This document shows, in pieces, positions 36,354-44,353 of a stretch of 64,000 nucleotides of DNA. The number at the start of each line of letters is the position of its first letter. Position 1 is the stretch's first letter. The DNA comes from Eubacteriales bacterium. Its GTDB lineage: Bacteria; Bacillota; Clostridia; Oscillospirales; CAG-272. Made by a program: the position numbers and the translations under genes. Where the stretch lies: contig JBGVRT010000005.1 in assembly GCA_045128735.1 (NCBI GenBank), positions 7,843 through 71,842 of the forward strand. The letters run 5' to 3'. A model generated the notes under the pieces. That model was not told the origin of the DNA. It was given only the letters and a program-made list of their open reading frames with translations, and did not search any database.

Positions 36354-36968
36354 ATGAGGTACGAAGCGGAAATAAAAGAGTTTCTGATTGAAAATGCCAT
36401 ACATCTTATTGCCGAAGGCGGCTTTGAAAAAGCGACAACTAAGGAACTTACTTACTGCGGAGGTCATCTGCCGGATTTCAAGATGAACGAGGTATATATT
36501 TACCGTTTTTTCGGTAGCAAGGAAAAACTATACGAGACAGCTTTTGTTCGATTGGATTCGGAGCTTATTCAAGCCTTTAAGAACGGTACGGAAATCGTCG
36601 GTGGCTTTGGTGGTGACATTAAGCGCAAGTTAAATGAATTTTTCATTTTAGCTTGGCGGTTCATCTTGGGTAACGAAGAGCGTTGCCGTTGCTATGTTAG
36701 ATATTACTATTCGATCTATTTCAAAGGTGATTCCCGAATGTCTCACAAGAAACTTTTCGAGGGAATCATAACGGAAGTGACTCCGATCTTTAAAGAAGAG
36801 GCGGACGTCGAAGCTATATTACACAGCGTTTTTACCGCAATGTTTGATTTTGCCATTCGTGTGTATAACGGTGAGCTTGAGGATAGTGATATTAACAGAC
36901 CCCATATCTTCAATGTGCTCTACTGTATGATGGCGACATATTTCAAGGAGTCGGTAAAAGCGTCGTAG
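36354..36968 (+). CDS. TetR-family transcriptional regulator
   Basis: N-terminal HTH region FLIENAIHLIAEGGFEKATTKELTYCGG ... VYIYRFFGSKEKLYETAF. 204 aa. GGAGGGG RBS. Confidence 0.6.
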   Translation: MRYEAEIKEFLIENAIHLIAEGGFEKATTKELTYCGGHLPDFKMNEVYIYRFFGSKEKLYETAFVRLDSELIQAFKNGTEIVGGFGGDIKRKLNEFFILAWRFILGNEERCRCYVRYYYSIYFKGDSRMSHKKLFEGIITEVTPIFKEEADVEAILHSVFTAMFDFAIRVYNGELEDSDINRPHIFNVLYCMMATYFKESVKAS

Positions 36969-36986
36969 ATTGCGTAGGAGACTGAA

Positions 36987-37229
36987 TTGAAAAAGCAAGA
37001 AGAAGCAAAGAAAATCGAACAAAAAACTGAAAGCAAGGTAGTGTATATTGCTGCAAGCACAAATACTTGTATTTCTTGTGGCAGAGAAATACCTGAAGGT
37101 ATATTTGTCTGTATGGAGTGCGAGCAGGGATTGTTTCGTCCGAAATGTGTGTTTTGTAATACACCCCTACAAAATGGGCAATCCGTTTGTATGAAATGCA
37201 GCGATATGTTCTTGCGCAGAAAACCTTAA
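36987..37229 (+). CDS. Small double zinc-ribbon protein
   Basis: CISCG...CMEC and CVFCN...CMKC. TTG start 7 nt after AGGAG. Confidence 0.4.
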   Translation: MKKQEEAKKIEQKTESKVVYIAASTNTCISCGREIPEGIFVCMECEQGLFRPKCVFCNTPLQNGQSVCMKCSDMFLRRKP

Positions 37230-37280
37230 TTGAAAGTCCACACATATTTATCATTGTAATTTTAAGAGAGGAGGATAGCG

Positions 37281-39896
37281 ATGCCCAAAAACAGAAAAGA
37301 ATCTGACAATAAACTCATTAAGGGCGCGATGATTGCGGGCACCGCAATAGCAGGATTTTTTGCGCTTGTAGGGCAAAAGATATATAGAGGCATAAAGTTT
37401 GATAAGGTAATTGGTAAGGATGATCCAAACGCTACCGTCAAACGCATCAATAATATGAAGCGAGTTGCTGTGATGATTGGATTGGCAATTCTCATCCTTA
37501 TTATAATTATGCTACTGCTCCGTGGTTGTCAAGGCGGCGAGCCACCACACGGTTCTGTCGATATTCCCGGTAACGTCATAGACCCTCAGCCAACGGAGAT
37601 AACGCCAAAGGCAGATTTGGAGTTTAATAAGGACAATGCCGAAGAAAACCTTTCGTTTGACGTAGAGGGGATGAACGGCGGAGATAGTGAGAGTATTCTT
37701 TACCGCGTAGTGGCTACATACAATTCGGATTTCGTTTTGAAATACGATATGACGATCCGTGAGGATGAAGAATTTCAAAAGCTTGCTGAAATACTGAAAA
37801 TTAAGGTTGAGCTTATGAAGACAGACGGTGATGCGCTTTTGTATGACGGTCTGCTCTCCGATATGTCGGCTATTGAAATTGCTCTGATTGCCGACAAGGA
37901 TACCACAACCGAGTATCTGTTTCGTATCACTATGTATCTTGATGCTCCGCTTAGTGAGCAGTATTATGGACAAAAGTTGATAGCCGATATGTCTTGGTGG
38001 ATCGAAGAGCAGGACAATATTTCGATTGCCAACAACGAATTTACTACTGTCTCCAAAACGACACCGCCCGATCCGCCTGCCATAACACCGAATTTAAGCT
38101 TTATCACGAAAAATGAAGGCGATAACACCGCATTTGATATGCGGCATATTATGAACGGCGATAGTCAGACAAGATATTTTGCCTTTGAGGTAACTCACGG
38201 CGAAGATATAAAGATGGGTATTCAAAACGCCATTGTGACTGACAGCAAGCTGAAGGAAGTGCTGAATGTCAAGGTTGAACTTGTTGGAGAAAACGGAAAC
38301 ACCACGCTTTACGAAGGTTTGTTGAAAGATCTTACCGTAGAACATACCCTCGCCCCAAACAACAGCAACAAGACAACAGTTTATTATAAAGTCACGGTCA
38401 CAGCGAACGGCTTGACCGAGGCATACTGCGAGACGAAGATCGTTTGTGATCTCTCGTGGTCGCTGATCGGAACGACGGAACAGCTTAAGGTTCCCAACAA
38501 TAGCTTTATTGCTTACTATAAGCCCGTAACACCACCCGATCCCGTTGTTACTCCCGATTTGATTTTTGTCGTGAAGAACGAGGGCGACAACACAGCTTTC
38601 GATATGAAGGATATCGAAAACGGCGACAGCCAAACAAAGTATTTTGCTTTTGAGGTTACTCATGGCGAAGATATTAAGGTTGCTATCAAAAATGCCATTA
38701 CCGTTGACAGTAATCTTCGAGACGTATTGAAAGTGAAGGTAGAGCTTGTAGGTGAAAACGGTAATACCACTCTCTACGAGGGTCTGCTAAAGGATCTCAG
38801 TGTTGAACACACACTTGCTGAGAACGCAAATGACAAAACGACAGTTTATTATAAAGTAACTGTTACCGCAGATTGTTTGACAGAAACATATTGTGAAAAC
38901 AAATTGGTGTGCGACTTGGTATGGTCGCTCGTCGGAACGACCGAGCAGCTTAAAGTATCCAACAATACTTTTGTTGCTTACGACAAGCCCGTAACCCCTC
39001 CCGATCCTCCGCCCCCTCCTGTGATTACTCCCGATTTGAAATTTATCGAGAAAAACGAGGGTGATAACACAGCCTTCGATATGAAGGATATTGAAAACGG
39101 AGATAGTCAAACAAAGTATTTTGCTTTTGAGGTGACTCACGGCGAAGACATTAAGGTTGTGATCAAGAATGATGTTGTTCTTGACAGCAAGCTTAATGAG
39201 GTTATCAAGGTTAAGGTTGAACTTGTGGGTGAGAACGGAAATACAATTCTGTACGAGGGATTGTTGAAAGATCTTACCGCAGAACATATTCTTCCTAAAA
39301 ACGATAGCAATAAAACAACTGTATATTACAAAGTTACCGTTGTTGCTGACGGTTTGACTGAGGATTATTGTGAAGCAAAGCTTGTTTGCGACCTCTCTTG
39401 GTCACTTAGTGGAACAAGTGAGCAGCTTAAAGTGCCGAGCAATAGCTTTGTTGCCTACGATAAACCTGTTACTCCGCCCCCTCCACCGCCCGAAACAGCA
39501 ACATCTATCGAGCTTACTGCAAAGGATGGGTATGAAAATATCCCCTTTGATGTAAAAAATATGCTTCCCGGTGACATGGCGACACAATATTATTGTGTTT
39601 CGGTTACCCATAACAAGAGCGAGTCTGTCCGTTTTTATATCAATGTTGACACGACTCAAAAGCTCTCAAATGTACTTAGAGTAAAAATCGAGCAACTTAT
39701 CCCCGATGCGGCGGATAAGATTCTGTATGATGGGTTGATGAAGGACTGCACCGCAGTTGATGTGAGTGTTACAGCTACTTCTGAAACAATTACTCCCATT
39801 TATTATCGTATAACCGTTTATACCAATGGCGCAGAGGTTGGCAACGAATATGTGGGCGAAAGCCTTACCGCTGATTTCTCGTGGCAATTACAGTAA
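37281..39896 (+). CDS. Membrane-anchored protein with five tandem TasA/camelysin-like domains
   Basis: N-terminal TM segments are followed by five about 150-aa units, each with FD(M/V)xxxxxGDSxTxYFxFEV(T)H ... LYxGLLKD ... YYK(V/I)TV ... DxSW, joined by PPDP/PPPPP linkers. GAGGAGG RBS. Confidence 0.7.
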   Translation: MPKNRKESDNKLIKGAMIAGTAIAGFFALVGQKIYRGIKFDKVIGKDDPNATVKRINNMKRVAVMIGLAILILIIIMLLLRGCQGGEPPHGSVDIPGNVIDPQPTEITPKADLEFNKDNAEENLSFDVEGMNGGDSESILYRVVATYNSDFVLKYDMTIREDEEFQKLAEILKIKVELMKTDGDALLYDGLLSDMSAIEIALIADKDTTTEYLFRITMYLDAPLSEQYYGQKLIADMSWWIEEQDNISIANNEFTTVSKTTPPDPPAITPNLSFITKNEGDNTAFDMRHIMNGDSQTRYFAFEVTHGEDIKMGIQNAIVTDSKLKEVLNVKVELVGENGNTTLYEGLLKDLTVEHTLAPNNSNKTTVYYKVTVTANGLTEAYCETKIVCDLSWSLIGTTEQLKVPNNSFIAYYKPVTPPDPVVTPDLIFVVKNEGDNTAFDMKDIENGDSQTKYFAFEVTHGEDIKVAIKNAITVDSNLRDVLKVKVELVGENGNTTLYEGLLKDLSVEHTLAENANDKTTVYYKVTVTADCLTETYCENKLVCDLVWSLVGTTEQLKVSNNTFVAYDKPVTPPDPPPPPVITPDLKFIEKNEGDNTAFDMKDIENGDSQTKYFAFEVTHGEDIKVVIKNDVVLDSKLNEVIKVKVELVGENGNTILYEGLLKDLTAEHILPKNDSNKTTVYYKVTVVADGLTEDYCEAKLVCDLSWSLSGTSEQLKVPSNSFVAYDKPVTPPPPPPETATSIELTAKDGYENIPFDVKNMLPGDMATQYYCVSVTHNKSESVRFYINVDTTQKLSNVLRVKIEQLIPDAADKILYDGLMKDCTAVDVSVTATSETITPIYYRITVYTNGAEVGNEYVGESLTADFSWQLQ
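38079..39491 (+). repeat. Three highly similar 465-477-nt in-frame tandem repeats (domains 2-4)
   Basis: Units start at 38079, 38544 and 39021. Their translations are mostly identical (for example KNEGDNTAFDMKDIENGDSQTKYFAFEVTHGEDIKV). Confidence 0.85.
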
Positions 39897-39911
39897 AGGA
39901 GGAAAAGGTAT

Positions 39912-40460
39912 ATGAATGAGCAACAATTAAAGAAAAAGTTAACAGTGATGATCGTAACCGTCGTCCTCCTTTCCATAGGACTCACGCTTACCAGCTTTGC
40001 TTTAGCTACCTCTATCGCGCAAGTTCGCAACAATCGTTTTGCCATGAGTATGGGCGTGGAGCTCACCATCAATGACGGCAAACCTGTTGTAGATGTAACC
40101 GATATGGTTTTTGCACCGGGAGAAACCTACCAAAGTGAGTTTCCTATTGCAAATCTCGGTACATTTGACGTGTGGTATCGCGTGTATTTCACCGATGTAG
40201 AAGGAGTGCTGAAGGATTACATAACAGTCACAATTAAAGAAGCCGATGGAACGGTTCTCTGCAAGGGAACAATGAGCGAACTCGGTTCCAACAAGGTTGC
40301 GGTAAGCTCACTTGCCGCCGGAGAGAAAAAAACACTTACCATTGAATTTTATTTCTCGTCCGAGGCGGGCAACACCGCACAAGGACAGTCGGTATCCTTC
40401 AACATTACCGCAAATGCAACGCAAAAGCAAAATAATCCCGATAAGGATTTCGGTAATTGA
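39912..40460 (+). CDS. TasA/camelysin-like secreted subunit
   Basis: TM/signal region ending TSFALATSIAQVRNNRFAMSMGVELTI aligns with the TasA GTFAFFSD...NNTFAAGTLDL region. 182 aa. Immediately upstream of the signal peptidase gene. Confidence 0.6.
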   Translation: MNEQQLKKKLTVMIVTVVLLSIGLTLTSFALATSIAQVRNNRFAMSMGVELTINDGKPVVDVTDMVFAPGETYQSEFPIANLGTFDVWYRVYFTDVEGVLKDYITVTIKEADGTVLCKGTMSELGSNKVAVSSLAAGEKKTLTIEFYFSSEAGNTAQGQSVSFNITANATQKQNNPDKDFGN

Positions 40461-40471
40461 AGGAGGAACGA

Positions 40472-41206
40472 ATGAAAAAAGCATTACAAATTACAAAAAC
40501 GGTGTTAGTGTGGCTTGTAGTCGCCTTCGCCGTTGGAATGATGATATTCACATTGATTTCGGTAAGCACGTTTGATAAAACGGATAGAAACATATTTGGC
40601 TTCAAATTCTTCATCGTAACGAGTGATTCAATGTCAGCCACCGATTTTGACGCAGGAGACATTGCGATCTCAAAGAATGTTGATCCGAAAGTGTTAAAGG
40701 AAGGTGACATCATTACGTTCTTGTCGCAGGATCCTGATAGCTTCGGCGAGATTATCACACATAAGATCAGACGTTTGACGACCGATGCAAACGGTCGCCC
40801 CGGTTTTATCACCTACGGTACAACAACGGATACGGATGATAAAACTGTTGTTACGCACGAATACGTTGTCGGTCAATACATTGGCAAGATACCGAAGGTA
40901 GGTACGTTTTTTCAGTTTCTTAAAACGACACCCGGCTATATTATTTGTATTCTTGTTCCTTTTCTGCTTCTTATTCTTTCTCAAGGACTTAATTGCATCC
41001 GTCTGTTCCGTCAGTACAAGAAAGAACAAATGGAAGAAATGAACGCCGAGCGAGCAAAGATTGAGGAGGAACGCGCCGAAAGCCAGCGCATGATGGCGGA
41101 GCTTCTTGAACTGAAAGCACAGCTTGCCAAACAAAACCAATCTGATGGAACACCCTCAGCACCTATGTCCGAGGTGAGTGCGGAAAGCACAACGGACGAA
41201 ACATAA
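40472..41206 (+). CDS. sipW: SipW-type (ER/archaeal-type, S26B) signal peptidase I with C-terminal TM and coiled-coil extension
   Basis: Motifs FIVTSDSMSATDFDAGDIAI (catalytic Ser), GDIITF and EIITHKI (His). A second TM near residue 160 is followed by an E/K/Q-rich tail. AAGGAGG precedes the ATG at 40472. Confidence 0.8.
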   Translation: MKKALQITKTVLVWLVVAFAVGMMIFTLISVSTFDKTDRNIFGFKFFIVTSDSMSATDFDAGDIAISKNVDPKVLKEGDIITFLSQDPDSFGEIITHKIRRLTTDANGRPGFITYGTTTDTDDKTVVTHEYVVGQYIGKIPKVGTFFQFLKTTPGYIICILVPFLLLILSQGLNCIRLFRQYKKEQMEEMNAERAKIEEERAESQRMMAELLELKAQLAKQNQSDGTPSAPMSEVSAESTTDET

Positions 41207-41279
41207 AAGATGTTTAGCAGAAAGCCTGCTTTACATAGTTAGTCTAACAAAAAATATGCCAAAAAGGAGGTAAGAAAAA

Positions 41280-41936
41280 ATGACTAACACAAAGACAACC
41301 AAGCGCTCACTTCTCGCAAGCGTCATGGCACTGTTCCTCTGCTTCACGATGCTGCTCGGGACGACATTCGCTTGGTTTACAGACAGCGTTACCAGCGCAA
41401 ACAATATTATCAAAGCTGGTAATCTGGACATCGAGCTTTATCACAGCGATAAGGCAATAACCGATGAAAAGGTTGGCGAAAGCACCAAGCTTTTCGACGA
41501 AGTAGCTCTTTGGGAGCCCGGCGTAATGGTATGGGAAGAGCTTACAGTTAAGAATGAGGGCGACCTTGCTCTTAAGTATCAGCTTACTCTCAACGTGCTT
41601 GAGGCAACCGAAATCGACGGTGTATCCTTTGCATCTATGTTGAAGGTTGCACTTGTTGACGATGGATTTGAGTACACCCGTGAGAACGTAGAGGCTATTG
41701 CAGCTGACGAATGGCAGGATCTTGCAACCTTTACTCTTGCAGGTAAGCTTGACAAAACAGAAAATGACGTTTACGGAATCGTTATCTGGTGGCAGCCCTC
41801 CGATAATGACAACCTGTTCAATATGAACAATGGCAACAAGGGCAAGGAAGTTAGCGTTCAGGTTGGCGTAACCCTTCTCGCTACTCAGCTTGAGGCTGAA
41901 AACGATGCATTTGGCAACGATTACGATGAGGACGCA
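41280..41936 (+). repeat. Copy 1 of an about 0.66-kb near-identical 5' coding module (partner at 47642-48298)
   Basis: Manual alignment shows long identical runs, for example tgggaagagcttacagttaagaatgagggcgaccttgctcttaagtatcagcttactctcaacgtgcttgaggcaaccgaaatcgacggtgtatcctttgc in both copies. Confidence 0.85.
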
Positions 41937-44222
41937 TGGGTTGAGGGCTATAAGGTTTATAGCGCAGAAGATCTTAATGCAGCTATCGCAAACGGCGAGA
42001 CTGAAATTGCTCTGATGGCTGATGTAGAGCTTGAAGAGCCTATCGTAATTCCCGCACCCGCAGTGGCTACATACTCTGCAAGAAATGCGGTTGTTATCGA
42101 CCTTAACGGCAAGACCATCACCGGTGCGGTTGGACGCGATGCAGAGGGTAACCGTGTCCACGTTATTGTAAACAACGGCAACGCGGTAATCAAGAACGGT
42201 ACCGTCACTTCCGCTGGCGTTAACGGCGGTTCTGCTATCTATAATGCTGAAGGTGCAACCTTGACCGTTGAGGATGTAATCCTGAACGGTGCACCTCAGG
42301 AAGGCGAAACTTGGCCCTCCTACACCGTTAACAACTATGGCACTTTGACTGTGACCGATAGCTCTATTTACGGCGTGCAGGGTATCATCGCTACTAACAA
42401 TACTGCCAACACAACAGTTAATAACGTAATTGCTTACAGAGATGGTTGGAGCTCCGGTCATGTGTTCTACACCTCCTCCACCGCTAAGGTAACCGTTAAC
42501 GGCGGCATCTACACCAACGACGGCAATGGTGTCGACGGCACGTTGATTTATGGCGGCGAAACCGTTATTAACGGCGGTACCTTCATTCTTCAAGAGGGTA
42601 CGTACTTTGCATTGTTCGCAGACTCGAAGCTGACTGTTAATGACGGCGATTTCTCCAACATTAAGAGCGTTCTTGCTTGGGGCGGTGCTATGACTGTTAA
42701 CGGCGGCACCTTCGGCTTTGATCCTACTGCTTATGTTGGCTCCGGCTATAAGGCTACCGAAGCAAACGGCGTTTGGACTGTTGCATTCCCTCAGGAATCT
42801 TTCGATGCTCTGATTGACGGCGCTGCTGATGATGCCACCATCGAGATTCCTGCTGGTACCTACACTTTCCCCGCTGCCGATTTGAAGGCTGGTCAGACCC
42901 TGAACTGTGCTCCTGGTACTGTTTTTGAGGGTGCCAAGTTGAATGCTAACGGTGCTACCATTGTAGGCGCTACCTTCTCTAATGCTGCACAGTCTAATAC
43001 TGTTAATGGTATCTATAAGGATTGCACCTTTACTGGCAGCAACGGCTTGCGTTGGGGCTATGCAGGTGATGTTGTCGTATTTGAAAACTGTGTCTTCAGC
43101 GGTTCTACGTATGGCGTCCATTTCGATGGTGGCGCAACTAAGGTTGTCTTCAAGAATTGCACTTTCAGCGGCTTCAACGCTATGGCTGGTTCTATTGAGC
43201 TGGTTACCTTTGAAGGCTGTACCTTTGTTGCAAACGGTAAGAGCAACTACAACGGCATCAATATGTGGGGCAACACTGAAATGACCAACTGCACCTTCGT
43301 CTTTGACGGTACTGCTGATTACGAGTGGATCGACCTCTGCGCTGGAAATACGTATGCTACCTTCACCAACTGTGTTGTGACCGATGGTGAAAAGGAGTAT
43401 GGTGTCGAAGAATACGTATCTAAGCGTGAGAATAGTGGTGTTATCACTGTTGATGGCAAGCAGATTGTCCACAATGCTTCCGCTCTGCAATACGCAGTTG
43501 ATAATGTTGCTGATGGTACCACCATCGCTCTCGGCGCTGACATCGCCGGCGACGTAACTGTTGCTCAAAAGCCTGATGTCAAGATCACCATTGATGGCAA
43601 CGGCCATGCCTTCGCAGGTGTACTCCTTGTAGACGGTAAGTCCGCAACCTACACCACTGCAGGCTTGACCATCAAGAGTGTGGTATTCAAGTCTGAGACC
43701 ATTTCCGCTGACGCTTGCATTCAGTTGGGCAATGGCACCAATGAAACCCGTTACACCTGCAACGTAACTGTTGACGGTTGTACCTTTGACGTTCCCGGCG
43801 CAGTTGGCGTTAAGTCCTACACCGGCGGCGACAAGAACGTGATCATCACCGGTTGCACCGCGACCGCAAATACCCACTCTCTTGCTCAGCTCAAGGGTGT
43901 TGATGGCGTTCTGGTAGAGAACTGCAAGGTTTATTCTAAGAATGGTATCAACTTTAACAACAGTGACAATGTTATTGTGAAGGGTTGTGAAGTTGATGTA
44001 AAGGGTTATGCAGTTCGCTTTGGCGAAAGCTCCGGTGGCACAGGTGCTGCTGAAACTTATAAGATCGAAAACTGCACTCTGAAGTCCCAGAATGATGATG
44101 GCGATGCTGCCGTTGTTCTCCGTGGTACTGCAGACAATTCGACCCTGACTATCGTGAACACCACCATTGTTGGAACTCCCGATATCCAGAATACTGCTAC
44201 GAACGCAAAGGTCGTGAAGTAA
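41280..44222 (+). CDS. SipW-dependent-signal protein 1: TasA-like N-module plus parallel beta-helix passenger (980 aa)
   Basis: Signal KRSLLASVMALFLCFTMLLGTTFAWFTDSVTSANNIIKAGNLDIEL. The C-terminal about 750 aa is rich in NGG/TVNGG/NC(T/V)F beta-helix-like repeats. No cell-wall anchor. Confidence 0.75.
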   Translation: MTNTKTTKRSLLASVMALFLCFTMLLGTTFAWFTDSVTSANNIIKAGNLDIELYHSDKAITDEKVGESTKLFDEVALWEPGVMVWEELTVKNEGDLALKYQLTLNVLEATEIDGVSFASMLKVALVDDGFEYTRENVEAIAADEWQDLATFTLAGKLDKTENDVYGIVIWWQPSDNDNLFNMNNGNKGKEVSVQVGVTLLATQLEAENDAFGNDYDEDAWVEGYKVYSAEDLNAAIANGETEIALMADVELEEPIVIPAPAVATYSARNAVVIDLNGKTITGAVGRDAEGNRVHVIVNNGNAVIKNGTVTSAGVNGGSAIYNAEGATLTVEDVILNGAPQEGETWPSYTVNNYGTLTVTDSSIYGVQGIIATNNTANTTVNNVIAYRDGWSSGHVFYTSSTAKVTVNGGIYTNDGNGVDGTLIYGGETVINGGTFILQEGTYFALFADSKLTVNDGDFSNIKSVLAWGGAMTVNGGTFGFDPTAYVGSGYKATEANGVWTVAFPQESFDALIDGAADDATIEIPAGTYTFPAADLKAGQTLNCAPGTVFEGAKLNANGATIVGATFSNAAQSNTVNGIYKDCTFTGSNGLRWGYAGDVVVFENCVFSGSTYGVHFDGGATKVVFKNCTFSGFNAMAGSIELVTFEGCTFVANGKSNYNGINMWGNTEMTNCTFVFDGTADYEWIDLCAGNTYATFTNCVVTDGEKEYGVEEYVSKRENSGVITVDGKQIVHNASALQYAVDNVADGTTIALGADIAGDVTVAQKPDVKITIDGNGHAFAGVLLVDGKSATYTTAGLTIKSVVFKSETISADACIQLGNGTNETRYTCNVTVDGCTFDVPGAVGVKSYTGGDKNVIITGCTATANTHSLAQLKGVDGVLVENCKVYSKNGINFNNSDNVIVKGCEVDVKGYAVRFGESSGGTGAAETYKIENCTLKSQNDDGDAAVVLRGTADNSTLTIVNTTIVGTPDIQNTATNAKVVK

Positions 44223-44230
44223 TTCCCCCC

Positions 44231-44303
44231 GCCACCCAACCCCTTCGGGGGTTGGGCGGCAATTAAAGCGCATAAGATTTGTGCTTGTGCGTTTTAATTG
44301 CCG
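44231..44303 (+). terminator. Tandem double hairpin at the 3' end of paralog 1
   Basis: Hairpin 1 is CCCAACCCC-TTCG-GGGGTTGGG. Hairpin 2 is CGGCAATTAAAGCGCATAAG...CTTGTGCGTTTTAATTGCCG, whose G-U pairs only work in the + strand RNA. Confidence 0.6.
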
Positions 44304-44353
44304 TTGAAAACGACAAATGTTAGCCAACATCAACAACAATAGGAGGTAAAAGA

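Noticed and set aside
36267-36467. 66-aa minus-strand ORF across the TetR gene start.
   Set aside because: It overlaps the RBS and N-terminal HTH of the TetR-like gene and has no start signals.
41231-41431. A minus-strand ORF starting MSRLPALIILFALVTLSVNQANVVPSSIVKQRNSA occurs twice (also at 47458-47793). At first sight it looks like a conserved small membrane protein.
   Set aside because: It is simply the antisense of the duplicated signal-peptide region of paralogs 1 and 3, so its conservation is explained by the sense genes.
41307-44339. 1010-aa ORF on the minus strand that fully overlaps paralog 1. Similar antisense ORFs lie at 44804-45880 and 46313-47122 over paralog 2, and at 48671-49237 over paralog 3.
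   Set aside because: The + strand frames have strong RBSs, SipW-type signal peptides and mutual homology. The antisense translations are low-complexity (V/N/S/G/C/I-rich) with no start context. Long open antisense frames are an expected by-product of G/T/N/V-rich repeat proteins whose codons avoid TTA/CTA/TCA in the mirror frame.
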